A stretch of DNA of 64,000 nt from Macrostomum lignano (GCA_002269645.1 NIVC01000040.1:868001-932000); one strand, 5' to 3'. Shown: positions 1 to 12,707, numbered from the stretch's first letter. Notes: generated from the sequence alone by a model not told the origin. Program-made: numbers and translations.

Positions 1-13
1 TTGCCGACCCCTG
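1..13. mobile_element. Terminus of a hAT (Charlie-like) DNA transposon that continues beyond the left window edge
   Basis: TTGCCGACCCCTG is the reverse complement of CAGGGGTCGGCAA, a typical hAT-Charlie TIR. Near-identical ends occur at 60890-60902 and, degenerate, at 43848-43860. Confidence 0.5.
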
Positions 14-279
14 GCTTTAGGGCAAAGATCAGACTCCTGTAAAAAGCTGAAAGCTAGTTTAACGTTGTGATCGGGGCTATTAAAATTTGGTTTTATACAA
101 AAATATACTTGATGAAAAAACTATAGGTTTATTAAACATGAGTATTAATAAGGAAATGTAGACGTAGAACACCAAAAGACAGACAATTAGAGATTACATG
201 GCACATTTGGCCGTATGAATAAAGTGAGTAGCTGCTCAAACTCCGAAAGTTCTAGTAGCAATGTCCAACACTATTTTGG

Positions 280-657
280 TTTTCGGACTTATGATATTTC
301 GGGTTTGAGATATTTTGGGTCTACGATGAGCAATGCTATTTCGGTTTTCGGAGTTGTGATGTTTCGGGTTATGATATTTCGGGTCTATGATATTTCGGGT
401 CTATGATATTTCTTCGGGTCTATGATATTTCGGGTTTATGATATTTCGGGTTTGTGATATTTCGGGTTTATGATATTTGGGGTCTATGATATTTCGGGTT
501 TATGATATTTCGTGTTTATGATATTTCGTGTTTATGATATTTCGGGTCTATGATATTTCGGGTTTATGATATTTCGTGTTTATGATATTTCGGGTCTATG
601 ATATTTCGGGTTTATGATATTTCGGGTCTATGATATTTCGGGTTTGTGATGGCGACC
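280..657. repeat. 16-bp tandem array (TATGATATTTCGGGTY) ending in a MITE-like terminus
   Basis: About 20 copies read directly. The array ends in GTGATGGCGACCC, resembling the amplified subterminal repeats of a DNA-transposon end. Confidence 0.8.
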
Positions 658-812
658 CAAAATAACTGGAGGCTGGAACAGCTGATAAATGGCTGCTAAC
701 CGAGTCAAAGTATAATGAATGAAATCCGGTCAAAACGCTTTGTTTCCGTGAACCGTGAACCGCGCGCTATGGCAAGAACTCAAGGACTTCAACGTAAAGA
801 ACATGCAATCAT

Positions 813-1520
813 TAGGGAATACCAGATCCCGAGTTTTGCCAATCCCGGGATCCCGGGACTGAAAAGGTTTCTAATCTTTGTTGGTGCAATTTTGGTTTAC
901 GAAGCCATCTAACCGGATTTTAATGGCTTTCATTGATAAAAGTAGAACAGATTTTGCAAGTAAGAAACTGACAGTGAGCCCTGATTTGGAGTGTGATGTA
1001 CGGGCTGGCGAAACAGACGTGTTTTTTACATGCCAGTATCAGCTCAGGAAAATCACACTTGATTGTGATTGTGATGCCACCTGGGGAATGATAGCCTACA
1101 GACCATGGCCCGAGGTACTGATGCCAGAGTAGAATGGGATCAGACCTCAACCTCCCAGGGGCACCTGCCCTAGATGGAGAATTATTGGTAGCTAATTGGT
1201 TGTGGTCCGAATGCAAGGTCCCACTGTTCTAATCCCAACTACGGCAAAGGAATTTTGAAGGTAGGGTCTGCTTAAAGTTGCAGCACTATAGCTTTCTACT
1301 CACCAGCCTACAGGCTGAAATGATAAGAAATGAAATCAAACGAGAACAACAGGGTTATGATTTTCACCTGACAAGTATCTCAGCTGCAGATACTACTATT
1401 CGAGAATAAATTATTGAGTTATTGCAAAGCGGGATCGGAATCCCGATGGTCAATCCCGGGATTTTCGAAAAACCCCGGGGATTAATAGGCCTTTTCAAAA
1501 TCCCGGGATTGTATTCCCTA
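813..1520. mobile_element. Non-autonomous hAT element (ATCCCGGGAT family)
   Basis: TIR TAGGGAATAC (813-822) / GTATTCCCTA (1511-1520). 8-bp TSD GCAATCAT / GCAAACAT (7/8 match). Subterminal ATCCCGGG motifs are shared with 47215-48171. Confidence 0.8.
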
Positions 1521-2541
1521 GCAAACATAACTGATGCGGGCTGGGAGTGACTAAAGCCTATCAAGGATGAAAAAATCCGGACACAGCAGATTGTTTCTGT
1601 AGTGGCGCACGAACTTGGAAAAGACTTCCAACAATGAGGAAAATAGTTGGAGCTCGAGGGGATTTCACAGCATAAGAACACGCGCATTTAGGCAAAATGG
1701 CTGAACCTCAATTGAACTAGCCTTGCAAAAATTAGAAATCAAAGAGAATGTGACTGACCGCGAGCCTAGCAAAAAAAGTGGTGGGGACGAGGCTTGTAAA
1801 TTTCTGAACACCAGGTCAGGCTGGGGGGCAGGATGGAACGCATCGTGGTTGGGACTTCTTAGCGGAACGGCCGGAGGGAGAGAGCAAAGGGCAAACAATT
1901 GGAGAGCACGAGCAAAACATCCTACCGCTCCTACCGAACCAGGTCGTAAGGATGGGCAACTTACGAGGTACGAGTTTATTTGGAAACCATTCGAAAAACT
2001 ATTTGGAGAGTAGCTCGTAAAAGGTAAACGAAGCGAAAGGAAAAAATAAGTTGCAGAGATTGCGAGAAAGGGGGGGGGCTAAAAGCAGAAAAAAAACGCA
2101 CGCAAGCTGGCGAGGAGAGGCTGAGGCGGGCACAACACACGGGGCTAAAAAAGGCCCCACAGACACCCACCCCCGGGCCAAGTACCCCCAAACACGGGCG
2201 ACGACAAGCCCCCCCCCCGGCCCTGCTAACAGCGATTGGCCAGCCAATCTACACTTATTGGTTTCGCCATGCAAAAACAGGCTATGCGTAAAAAGCACTA
2301 CTTAGGACAGCGTATACATTAAACTTGCAATGTTTTTGAGCACACTTCTAAATTAAAATCAAGTGAACCCTATTTAATTGACACTGCATTCATGTGTATA
2401 ATTGGGAATCCGGGTGATTTTTAATTTTGTCTATGTCTAAATGACGACACATCTCATTAGATAATACTACTGAATTAAAAATATATATAGCGTGAATAAT
2501 TTTTTACATATGCGTATTGAGAAGCCATAACTATAAATTTA

Positions 2542-3207
2542 ATGGACGAGTTAATTAAACCAGTTGTCGTTCGACCAGCAGACAGTACATGTTGCTGCAA
2601 ATGCTGCTGCTGCAAATGCAGTAAGTGTGTAAGCAGCCGTCGAAGACGACACCAGGACGATACCATCAGAGCATCATCAGCCGGATTGGCAGCAGATCAA
2701 GCTGAGCGGGCGACAGCGTCCACGCTGTCAAGCGGTGCATCCACGGACACCGCAGCAGATGGCGCCCACGCCGAAGCAGCTGCAGGGGACGCCGCGGTAC
2801 ATGTGGACTGTCAGCAGCGCGGCTCCAATCAACTGCTTCGCAGGATTTACGCGCCAGCCGGCACGGGGCTTGGGAATCAATCCAACGATGTTGTTGAACG
2901 ATCTCCAATTTGTCGGGTGATCCTGCCACGACGGGCGGTGGTCTCCAGCGTGTCGCGACTCCAGATGGCGAAACAGCATCGCTGGCTCGGCTCGACTGTC
3001 CTCACACTTGGTGGTTGTCGTCTGTTCGTGCCGCCGCAAGCACTGCAAGGCTTCGTGCCGCTGCTCAATACGCGGAGCCGCTCCCAGTCGGTGGCTCCGC
3101 ATCAAGGCTCTTTGATGGCAACCGCAGATGAAGCGCAGTTTAAAGCCGCGGTGTCCAGCTCATCCGAGATCTTTGAAGTTGCCGTTTACGTGCCCATGAA
3201 CCCATGA
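2542..3207 (+). CDS. Hypothetical 221-aa protein with an N-terminal Cys cluster
   Basis: ATG-to-stop ORF, GC-rich against AT-rich flanks, CCAAT boxes near 2235-2248 and AATAAA near 3402. N-terminus contains CCCKCCCCKCSKC. No domain recognised. Confidence 0.4.
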   Translation: MDELIKPVVVRPADSTCCCKCCCCKCSKCVSSRRRRHQDDTIRASSAGLAADQAERATASTLSSGASTDTAADGAHAEAAAGDAAVHVDCQQRGSNQLLRRIYAPAGTGLGNQSNDVVERSPICRVILPRRAVVSSVSRLQMAKQHRWLGSTVLTLGGCRLFVPPQALQGFVPLLNTRSRSQSVAPHQGSLMATADEAQFKAAVSSSSEIFEVAVYVPMNP

Positions 3208-4016
3208 GCTGGCGGACAAAGGAGGCAGTAGATGGACAGGGGCTTGATGAACGAGAACCGTAAATTTCTACAATAAGACCAACTCGGTCTTGAAGTTTGG
3301 CTGCAAACAGGGTGGCAACTCATTGATATATTTATTGAAGAGCTTTGCGCTGTCTGCCTGTCAGCAGAATTTGGTTGTGAATTATTGTCTCGCATTGAAA
3401 AAATAAACTGCATTTTAGTCTGAAATCTTACATTAGTTACAGTATGATGTTTTTATTACACATTTACTATACATAGTTTTCTTGACGTAAATGTGCTCAT
3501 TTTTATGCGTAACAAATTTTTTGAAATTGAATGTGTTATCTTGTGCTTTTTGTGAACAAATTCAATAGGTTTATGCATTTACAAGCGGGCCAGTAAGGAT
3601 TATTAGTGAGAGATGCGAACAGGTAAAATAAATCAGTCAGAGGTGCGAGAAGGTAAGAATAATTGAAAGCTGATTAATAATGAATAGAATTAAACAACAC
3701 AATGAAGGTGACGATTTAGCTGCAATAAGTTGCAATTTTCTTGAATTTTATTGTTGTTCTAGAATTAAAACTAGTTTGCCTCATACGGGAGAGTTCATAA
3801 AGGTGTTTGTTTTTATAATTGGCTTTGACACAGATAAACATAGACCCATAATGGAATCAGTTTAGGTGAAATTTTAGTAAAATCTGGACAGTATAAATAT
3901 CCGAATAAGTACACGAAGTTATATAGAGGCAAGAGAGGACAGCGCATAAATATAGTAATGTGAAGGATATTTTTTAAATTTAAATAGTTGACAATACTTC
4001 CGAATTTAGGAACGCT

Positions 4017-4213
4017 CAGAGACGTTCAGTTCAGGTTCAGAGACGTTCAGTTCATGTTCAGAGACGTTCGGTTCAGGTTCAGAGACGTTCGGTTCAGGTT
4101 CAGAGACGTTCGGTTCAGGTTCAGAGACGTTCGGTTCAGGTTCAGAGACGTTCGGTTCAGGTTCAGAGACGTTCGGTTCAGGTTCAGAGACGTTCGGTTC
4201 AGGTTCAGAGACG
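4017..4213. repeat. 21-bp minisatellite (CAGAGACGTTCGGTTCAGGTT), about 9 copies
   Basis: Read directly; lies about 60 bp past the stop of the fibrinogen-domain gene. Confidence 0.95.
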
Positions 4214-4275
4214 GCATGCAGATGTCATAAGACGGCATCGTGTTTCTCAGTGAGACTCAAATGCTGTCTCCAGGA

Positions 4276-5790
4276 TCAGTAACCGTATAGAGACAGGCGG
4301 ATGGCCCTCAGCGACCTCCGGGCTCCGTCGTAATACCAGGTCATCCATATTAGGCCAGACTTCTCCGTAGGCGAGTACTCACCATTTGGATTAATTAGTG
4401 TGCAGGCATTAAACCACCAGCCACTTTTGCCGTGATAGGCGTTCGAGCAGGAGCCACCAAATCTGTCATTGTCTCGATCCTTGGTGGAGAACTTCATGTC
4501 ATTATGGTAGTGAAGCCGACCGATCTCAAGGTTTGAACGCGCGAGGTCCAGTTGTCCAACAGTCATGGTATAATCAGTGCTGCCGTTTTGCACGTGAAAG
4601 TCAGGATACACCTGGTATAGAGTCCCGTTCTGCCACGTGATCATTTGAACAAGCAGATCGACACCGCTTGGATCCCGCGAGGTGAGCTGGTGAAGGGCTT
4701 GCAGACCTGATAAGATTTACCAGTTACAGGGGACTATTAGCTCAGAACAAAACTCCCAGTCTAAGTGTTTAATCTGCTCACCAATCCAATAGTTGACATC
4801 GTCGCCGAAACCAGATTCGTAGACGCTCCACGGCTGCTGGAAGTTGGAGTCGCTCACTCGCTGCTGGACGGGGCAGAACAGGCCTCCGTCTATCGCAGCC
4901 ACGACGGTCCGCTGGCACGGAGATGATGAGGCTGCAATTGCAAGTTTTGTCTCGTAAATAACATTGGAAAGCGGGTTCTTTTCTGCAGACGGCTCTCAGA
5001 TGCCGCCGTAACATCAGGGCAACGAAAGTCGACCAACAGTCAGCAAGGAGGCGAGTAGCTACACTCACACTCACAAGGATTACTTACACGCCGGCACCAC
5101 TCACACAGCTAATGAAGCTTGAAACTCCACATGTTCAAAACTGCACATTGTCATGAAGCCTTGCCAGTCACTGAAGTACCAACCAGATCCTGGGTCTAAT
5201 GATGCATTCCAGCCATTGATACAGCCGCATTGCATCAACCTCATCTATCCTTGATCTCAATAAGCTGAATTGCCCTTCCAGCTTCCCTGTGAGCTCACCT
5301 GCTCGCCGTCTTAGGCCCGAGTTGTACACTGGAAGGTCGTCAGTCGCGAGGCCTCCAGGCTCCTCGTTCGACATCTGGCACTCGGAGCTGGCCGGTGAGA
5401 AGCTGAAAGTCAGGCAGTTGGTGCGCTGGCTGCACAGAGAGGCGCAGTGGAACTTGTTCTTGACGACCAGTCTGGTGATCTCGGCGAACTCGGCGGCCAG
5501 GTTCGGCGGCGAGTTCGGTTCCGGCTCGAACACGCGACTCACTGCAAGTTGGAAAGAAAGTTGCGGAGAAATTTCAGTTGTTCAGATTTCTTTGACAGCA
5601 ATTTTTTAATTTCCCTTCGAGTTCGAATGTTGTTCCCGAGGTGCATTTTAAGCTTACATGTTGTTTTGTAAACAGGAATTTACTCAAGACAATTGAGACA
5701 CTTACATTGAATGACCGCGACTGCAGAAAAGCAAATGCTGGACCAAATAAGGCAGAAGAACACCCAGGTGCAGTGGAGATTGCAGCTAAG
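4276..5790 (-). CDS. PAN/apple plus fibrinogen-related domain (FReD) secreted protein
   Basis: Exons 5541-5299 (PAN: CASLCSQRTNCLTFSFSPASSEC), 4931-4782 (QQRVSDSNFQQPWSVYESGFG..YWIG) and 4706-4276 (GLQALHQLT..KFSTKDRDND..SGWWFNAC..NPNG). All GT-AG, all phase 1, frame-consistent. A probable upstream signal-peptide exon ends at a GTAAGT donor at 5705; its 5' boundary and the start codon are uncertain. Confidence 0.85.
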
Positions 5791-6910
5791 CTTAGTTTTG
5801 TGCACGCTTGTAAAATAGATTGCTTGCAAGGGGTGGAGAATCTTGTCAACAAGGAATGCTTTTCACGAGCTCCAAAGCCATGTTTTATACTCCAGCAAAG
5901 ACAGAGAGCCCTGCTAAGACAATGGACATGCGCCAGGGAATTCAGTTTCTATAGCCGAAGATGGGACTATGCCAATGCCGTCAATCAGGAGTCTGCTGCA
6001 CCAACCAGATTACTTTTTAGTTGGGAATCCTTTGTGGCTGTGAATGGCATGCAGAGATATACCAATGTGTTTGAGTAAGACACAGGTCCAAAAGACTCTA
6101 CCCTGTTTCTACATAGAATCTTAATTTTCTGAACAAAAAGCTTTATGAATATCAATAGAACAAAAAGAAAAGCGCAAAATATCAAAAGATGAGCATTGGG
6201 TCTGCCTCCTATCGAAAGCAATAACAATTTTTGTGCTGAAAAAATGAAAACCTCCTATCTCTCTGTAGTGTATTTTTCGGCGAAAACCAGCCTCTAACTT
6301 TTTCTAAGAAACGTGGTGTCCCGTCCTTCTAGTTGAGTAGTCCTTGGGTCCTATATGCCATGTCTGCATCGACTTGAGATACAGACAGAGCTTTAATCAG
6401 TCTAGTGGAAAAATCTCGAGGCGAAACTGACTTCATTCAGCTGTTGAGCTTGTACAACCGTTTTGTTAGTGTCCTGAGGAAAATCAATGTTTACAGCAGA
6501 AAAAGCATCAGGCCATCTGGCCCAACATAGCTCGTATCAGCATCCCCTGTGAGCTTTGGAATCAAAGCCTCCTGTAAGCCATGGCTTAACGATATTCTCG
6601 CTTCGAGGCTTGGCCTACCAACAACTCGCAATTGACCCTGACGTCTCAGCAAATACCCCCCTCCCTCATGGGCCACGGCATTTCAGCGATAAAAAAGTTA
6701 GAACAATAGGGAAGATGGAATAGGCAGCTCTGCTGCAGCAGAAGAAGCGGCAGAACGCATTTGGATGGGAATAATGAATCCCTTTCCATTTCTGAAGCAG
6801 GAGACTAGCCATGCATTTTAGATGCCGCTAATTAGCGGATCTTGAGTCACTGGAAACCTCGCCGATATGACGAGCGCAACGCGTGGCCGAGACCGGTGAC
6901 GGCCTAATAA

Positions 6911-6950
6911 ACTCATTTTAGCGCCGCAGGCACTCATTTTAGCACCGCAG
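6911..6950. repeat. Two isolated units of the 21-bp satellite that forms the 9704-11542 array
   Basis: ACTCATTTTAGCGCCGCAGGCACTCATTTTAGCACCGCAG matches the array unit. Confidence 0.85.
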
Positions 6951-7009
6951 AAAATTTGTTTGCTTTCCTGTGAAATCCATGGAGGCTGAATAAGTAGATC
7001 AAAGCGACA

Positions 7010-9055
7010 GAGAGGAGAGACAGAGGGGAGAGACAGTGGGGAGAGAGAAGAGACGGTGGACAGGGAGGAGAGGGAAGAGACAGTGGACAGGGGGAGAGAA
7101 GAGACAGTGGAGGGAGAGAAGAGACAGTGGACAGGGGGGAGAGAAGAGACAGTGGACAGAGGGGAGAGGGAAGAGACAGTGGACAGGGGGGAGAGAAGAG
7201 ACAGTGGACAGGGGGGAGAGAAGAGACAGTGGAGGGAGAGAAGAGACAGTGGACAGGGGGGAGAGAAGAGACAGTGGACAGGGGGAGAGAAGAGACAGCG
7301 GACAGAAGGGAGAGAAGAGACAGTGGACAGGGGGAGAGAAGAAACAGCGGACAGAAGGGAGAGAAGAGACAGTGGACAGGGGGAGAGAAGAGACAGCGGA
7401 CAGAAGGGAGAGAAGAGACAGTGGACAGGGAGAGGGAAGAGACAGTGGACAGGGGGGAGAGAAGAGACAGTGGACAGGGGGGAGAGGGAAGAGACAGTGG
7501 ACAGGGGGAAGAGAAGAGACAGTGGACAGGGGGGAGAGAAGAGACAGTGGACAGGGGGGAGAGGGAAGAGACAGCGGACAGGGGGAGAGAAGAGACAGTG
7601 GACAGGGGAAGAGAAGAGACAGTGGACAGGGGGGAGAGAAGAGACAGTGGACAGAAGAGAGAGGGAAGAGACAGTGGACAGGGGGGAGAGAAGAGACAGT
7701 GGACAGGGGGAGAGAAGAGACAGCGGACAGAAGGGAGAGAAGAGACAGTGGACAGGGGGGAGAGAAGAAACAGCGGACAGAAGGGAGAGAAGAGACAGTG
7801 GACAGGGGGAGAGAAGAAACAGCGGACAGAAGGGAGAAAAGAGACAGTGGACAGGGAGAGGGAAGAGACAGTGGACAGGGGGGAGAGAAGAGACAGTGGA
7901 CAGGGGGGAGAGGGAAGAGACAGTGGACAGGGGAAGAGAAGAGACAGTGGACAGGGGGGAGAGAAGAGACAGTGGACAGGGGGGAGAGGGAAGAGACAGT
8001 GGACAGGGGGAGAGAAGAGACAGTGGACAGGGGAAGAGAAGAGACAGTGGACAGGGGGGAGAGAAGAGACAGTGGACAGAAGAGAGAGGGAAGAGACAGT
8101 GGACAGGGGGGAGAGGGAAGAGACAGTGGACAGGGGGAGAGAAGATACAGTGGAGAGAGAGAAGAGACAGTGGAGGGAGAGAAGAGACAGTGGATAGGGG
8201 GGAGAGAAGAGACAGTGGAGGGAGAGAAGAGACAGTGGACAGAGGGGAGAGAAGATACAGTGGAGGGAGAGAAGAGACAGTGGACAGGGGGGAGAGAAGA
8301 GACAGTGGACAGGGGGGAGAGAAGAGACAGTGGACAGGGGGGAAAGAAGAGACAGTGGACAGAGGGGAGAGGGAAGAGACAGTGGACAGGGGGGAGAGAA
8401 GAGACAGTGGACAGGGGGGAGAGAAGAGACAGTGGACAGGGGGGAGAGAAGAGACAGTGGACAGGGGAAAAAGAAGAGACAGTTGACAGAGGGGAGAGGG
8501 AAGAGACAGTGGACAGGGGGGAGAGAAGAGACAGTGGACAGGGGGAGAGAAGAGACAGTGGACAGGGGGGAGAGAAGAGACAGTGGACAGGGGGGAAAGA
8601 AGAGACAGTGGACAGAGGGGAGAGGGAAGAGACAGTGGACAGGGGGAGAGAAGAGACAGTGGACAGGGGGGAGAGAAGAGACAGTGGACAGGGGGGAGAG
8701 AAGAGACAGTGGACAGGGGGGAGAGAAGAGACAGTGGACAGAGGGGAGAGGGAAGAGACAGTAAACAGGGGGGAGAGAAGAGACAGTGGACAGGGGGGAG
8801 AAGAGACAGTGGACAGGGGGGAGAAGAGACAGTGGACAGGGGGGGAGAAGAGACAGTGGACAGGGGGGAGAGAAGAGACAGTGGACAGAGGGGAGAGAAG
8901 AGACAGTGGATAGGGGGGTGAGAAGAGACAGTGGACAGAGGGGAGAGAAGAGACAGTGGATAGGGGGGAGAGAAGAGACAGTGGACAGAGGGGAGAGAAG
9001 AGACAGTGGATAGGGGTTTGAGAAGAGACAGTTGACAGAGGGGGGAGAAGGGACA
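7010..9055. repeat. Purine-rich ~24-27-bp minisatellite (GGGGGAGAGAAGAGACAGTGGACA)
   Basis: About 2 kb of near-identical units with variable G-runs; the source of the spurious ORFs at 7036-9013. Confidence 0.95.
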
Positions 9056-9703
9056 GAAAATAGATATAATTAATATTTCTAGTATTCTACGAATTTTTTT
9101 AACCAGAAGAGTAAGCTATATTAAGCTATCAATATCATATCCCATTGACGATTGAGCATTCGTCTGCATGGATGAATAAACCCATCACTCATGGTTGCCT
9201 TCATCCATGAAATTTCTGTGGCATTGAGTAACGTTAGATCAGTGTTCAGCTCAAGCTCAGAAAGCTCAGTTAAAGACAAAATAGACAAACACCGGGGAAT
9301 TCAGTTACTACTCGTAAATGAGAAAGTAAAAAACCAGTACCTACTCTTAGTAAGAGGATGCGACTTTTCACCCGGAGGTTTCTGAGTACATATAGTTGAG
9401 TTGAGCGATTTACTCAAAGCATAAACATGCATTTGCTTACCGACACAAAATCTTCACGGCTGAAGTACGAACGAAAATACGAAATCGATCCGATAAAAAA
9501 ACTTTAAAGTAGCTTTTTTAAAGAGTTTTTTTGTTCTGTCAGTAATTTTTATGCATTTCAAAATTGCAAATTGAACTCGAATAATCAATGAATAAATCAG
9601 ATGAATAATCTTTGCCATGGATCTGTTAATGGAGAGGTGCGAACAGAGCCAAAAATACAAATTTATACATGTATACTATTTTTTGTCGGATCTAGGCTGT
9701 AAA

Positions 9704-11542
9704 CACTCATTTTGGCGCCGCAATCACTCATTTTGGCGCCGCAATCACTCATTTTAGCGTCGCAGGCACTCATTTTTGCGCCGCAGGCACTCATTTTGGC
9801 GCCGCAGGCACTCATTTTAGCGCCGCAGGCACTCATTTTGGCGCCGCAGGCACTCATTTTGGCGCCGCAGGCACTCATTTTGGCGCCGCAGGCACTCATT
9901 TTGGCGCCGCAATCACTCATTTTTGCGCCGCAGGCACTCATTTTGGCGCCGCAGTCACTCATTTTAGCGCCGCAGGCACTCATTTTAGCGCCGCAGGCAC
10001 TCATTTTGGCGCCGCAGGCACTCATTTTAGCGCCGCAGGCACTCATTTTAGCGCCGCAGGCACTCATTTTAGCGCCGCAGGCACTCATTTTAGCGCCGCA
10101 GGCACTCATTTTGGCGCCGCAGACACTCATTTTAGCGCCGCAGGCACTCATTTTGGCGCCGCAGGCACTCATTTTAGCGAAGCAGGCACTCATTTTAGCG
10201 CCGCAGGCACTCATTTTAGCGCCGCAGGCACTCATTTTAGCGCCGCAGGCACTCATTTTGGCGCCGCAGTCACTCATTTTGGCGCCGCAATCACTCATTT
10301 TGGCGCCGCAATCACTCATTTTAGCGTCGCAGGCACTCATTTTTGCGCCGCAGGCACTCATTTTGGCGCCGCAGGCACTCATTTTAGCGCCGCAGGCACT
10401 CATTTTAGCGCCGCAGGCACTCATTTTGGCGCCGCAGGCACTCATTTTGGCGCCGCAGGCACTCATTTTGGCGCCGCAATCACTCATTTTTGCGCCGCAG
10501 GCACTCATTTTGGCGCCGCAGTCACTCATTTTAGCGCCGCAGGCACTCATTTTAGCGCCGCAGGCACTCATTTTGGCGCCGCAGGCACTCATTTTAGCGC
10601 CGCAGGCACTCATTTTAGCGCCGCAGGCACTCATTTTAGCGCCGCAGGCACTCATTTTAGCGCCGCAGGCACTCATTTTGGCGCCGCAGACACTCATTTT
10701 AGCGCCGCAGGCACTCATTTTGGCGCCGCAGGCACTCATTTTAGCGAAGCAGGCACTCATTTTAGCGCCGCAGGCACTCATTTTAGCGCCGCAGGCACTC
10801 ATTTTAGCGCCGCAGGCACTCATTTTGGCGCCGCAGTCACTCATTTTGGCGCCGCAGGCACTCATTTTGGCGCCGCAGGCACTCATTTTGGCGCCGCAAT
10901 CACTCATTTTAGCGCCGCAGGCACTCATTTTGGCGCCGCAGTCACTCATTTTAGCGCCGCAGGCACTCATTTTAGCGCCGCAGGCACTCATTTTGGCGCC
11001 GCAGGCACTCATTTTAGCGCCGCAGGCACTCATTTTAGCGCCGCAGGCACTCATTTTAGCGCCGCAGGCACTCATTTTAGCGCCGCAGGCACTCATTTTG
11101 GCGCCGCAGACACTCATTTTAGCGCCGCAGGCACTCATTTTGGCGCCGCAGGCACTCATTTTAGCGCCGCAGGCACTCATTTTAGCGCCGCAGGCACTCA
11201 TTTTGGCGCCGCAGTCACTTATTTTAGCGCCGCAGGCACTCATTTTAGCGCCGCAGGCACTCATTTTAGCGCCGCAGGCACTCATTTTAGCGCCGCAGGC
11301 ACTCATTTTAGCTCCGCAGGCACTCAGTTTAGCGCCGCAGGCACTCATTTTGGCGCCGCAGGCACTCATTTTAGCGCCGCAGGCACTTATTTTAGCGCCG
11401 CAGGCACTCATTTTTGCGCCGCAGGCACTCATTTTGGCGCCGCAGGCACTCATTTTGGCGCCGCAGGCACTCATTTTGGCGCCGCAATCACTCATTTTAG
11501 CGCCGCAGGCACTCATTTTAGCGCCGCAGGCACTCATTTTGG
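9704..11542. repeat. 21-bp satellite (GCACTCATTTTRGCGCCGCAG), about 88 copies, with 567-bp higher-order structure
   Basis: Read directly. Diagnostic variants recur at 567-bp spacing (9756/10323, 10121/10688, 10176/10743). Confidence 0.95.
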
Positions 11543-12318
11543 CTCTCTCTGAAGCAAAATTTCGAATTCCTATTGTGCTGCGCTGCTGTTTAAGAGTTTG
11601 TTTTTGGTCCTTGGGTGATGTGTTCAAAATTAGGAATAAAAAATAATCAGACATGCAGAGCACAAACGCGCGCAGTTCTAGATTTAGGTGTTTGTTAAAT
11701 AAAAGAAACGAAGTGCAACACTCAAGCAATACGCTCAGCAAAAAGTTTATTTGCGTTATGAAAGACGACAAACAAATACCATTGTGGCTCCACGGACCAG
11801 GTGCATACTGGTTCTGTTGCATGATTGAATCTCCTCACTTGTCAGACCAGCAGTTCTTCAGTTTAACGAACATTTCGACCTCCATTATACCTGTAAGCAC
11901 CTGTTGTCGGGAAGCTCCCATTACCAACGTCGCACGAAAGCAAGGTATACAATTTTTAATTTCGATTAATTAATTCGACGCAATATTTTTTTCCAAATAT
12001 TTTTTTTAGTTTCAAAATCAAACGAACAAGAATTGAATTGGCTAATTAAGTTTGTTAAAATCGGTGATGCGGCGGAGCAGAAATGGAAAAAGCGAAATCA
12101 AATATTCAAATTTAGTTTAACACAGGCAGGCGGGGGCGCAGGCAGAAAAAAATGACATCTATATGAGGAAAAGTTCCGATAACTATGACAAGTGATGAAG
12201 CAAAAGGTCGAATATCTACTCATAAATATTAGTGAAACAATTCCTTCGTCAAACACCCATCAAAAACACAGCCATGCATGCAGAAAAAGATTGGCAACCT
12301 TCAAAGAAACGTCAAATT

Positions 12319-12506
12319 CGAATCGAATTTGAATTCGCGCCACTAAGAGACATAGTTAAACAACCTTTAAAATCACCTTTTTTCCAAACGGAAATGCAGA
12401 ATTTTAGCTTTGAAAAGTCTTTTTAGTGCGCTTTAAGGTTTCCTTTTGGCGTTTAACGGTCGTTTAACCAATGACCTTTCTGTGGCGCGAATTCAAATTC
12501 GATTCG
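12319..12506. mobile_element. Foldback/MITE-like element
   Basis: Perfect 25-bp inverted repeat CGAATCGAATTTGAATTCGCGCCAC (12319-12343) / 12482-12506, extending imperfectly to about 55 bp. No TSD found. Confidence 0.6.
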
Positions 12507-12707
12507 TTTAGCTCCAGATTCTTGAAGAACACCAAGTACTGATATATATCTAGAAAAAGGTATAACCAACAGGTAATAGCAGCAACTTGTCAAGCAAAGG
12601 AAAAGGCAACTTAAACAGAAACGAAACGAACAGAGAATTAAGAGAAAATATGGATTTTTTCATTTTCTGAAATGTTTGACAGAGCCACTACAGGCCACTA
12701 CAGGCCA

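Noticed and set aside
5800-6900. Possible decayed coding sequence with a Cys-rich stretch (GLCQCRQSGVCC..LCGC)
   Set aside because: Multiple stops in every frame and no family motif I could identify with confidence.
7036-11822. Long ORFs of 350-720 aa (GEKRQWTG, MSACGAK, APQALIL repeats)
   Set aside because: Translations of stop-free tandem repeats, open in several frames and on both strands, with no unique coding sequence.
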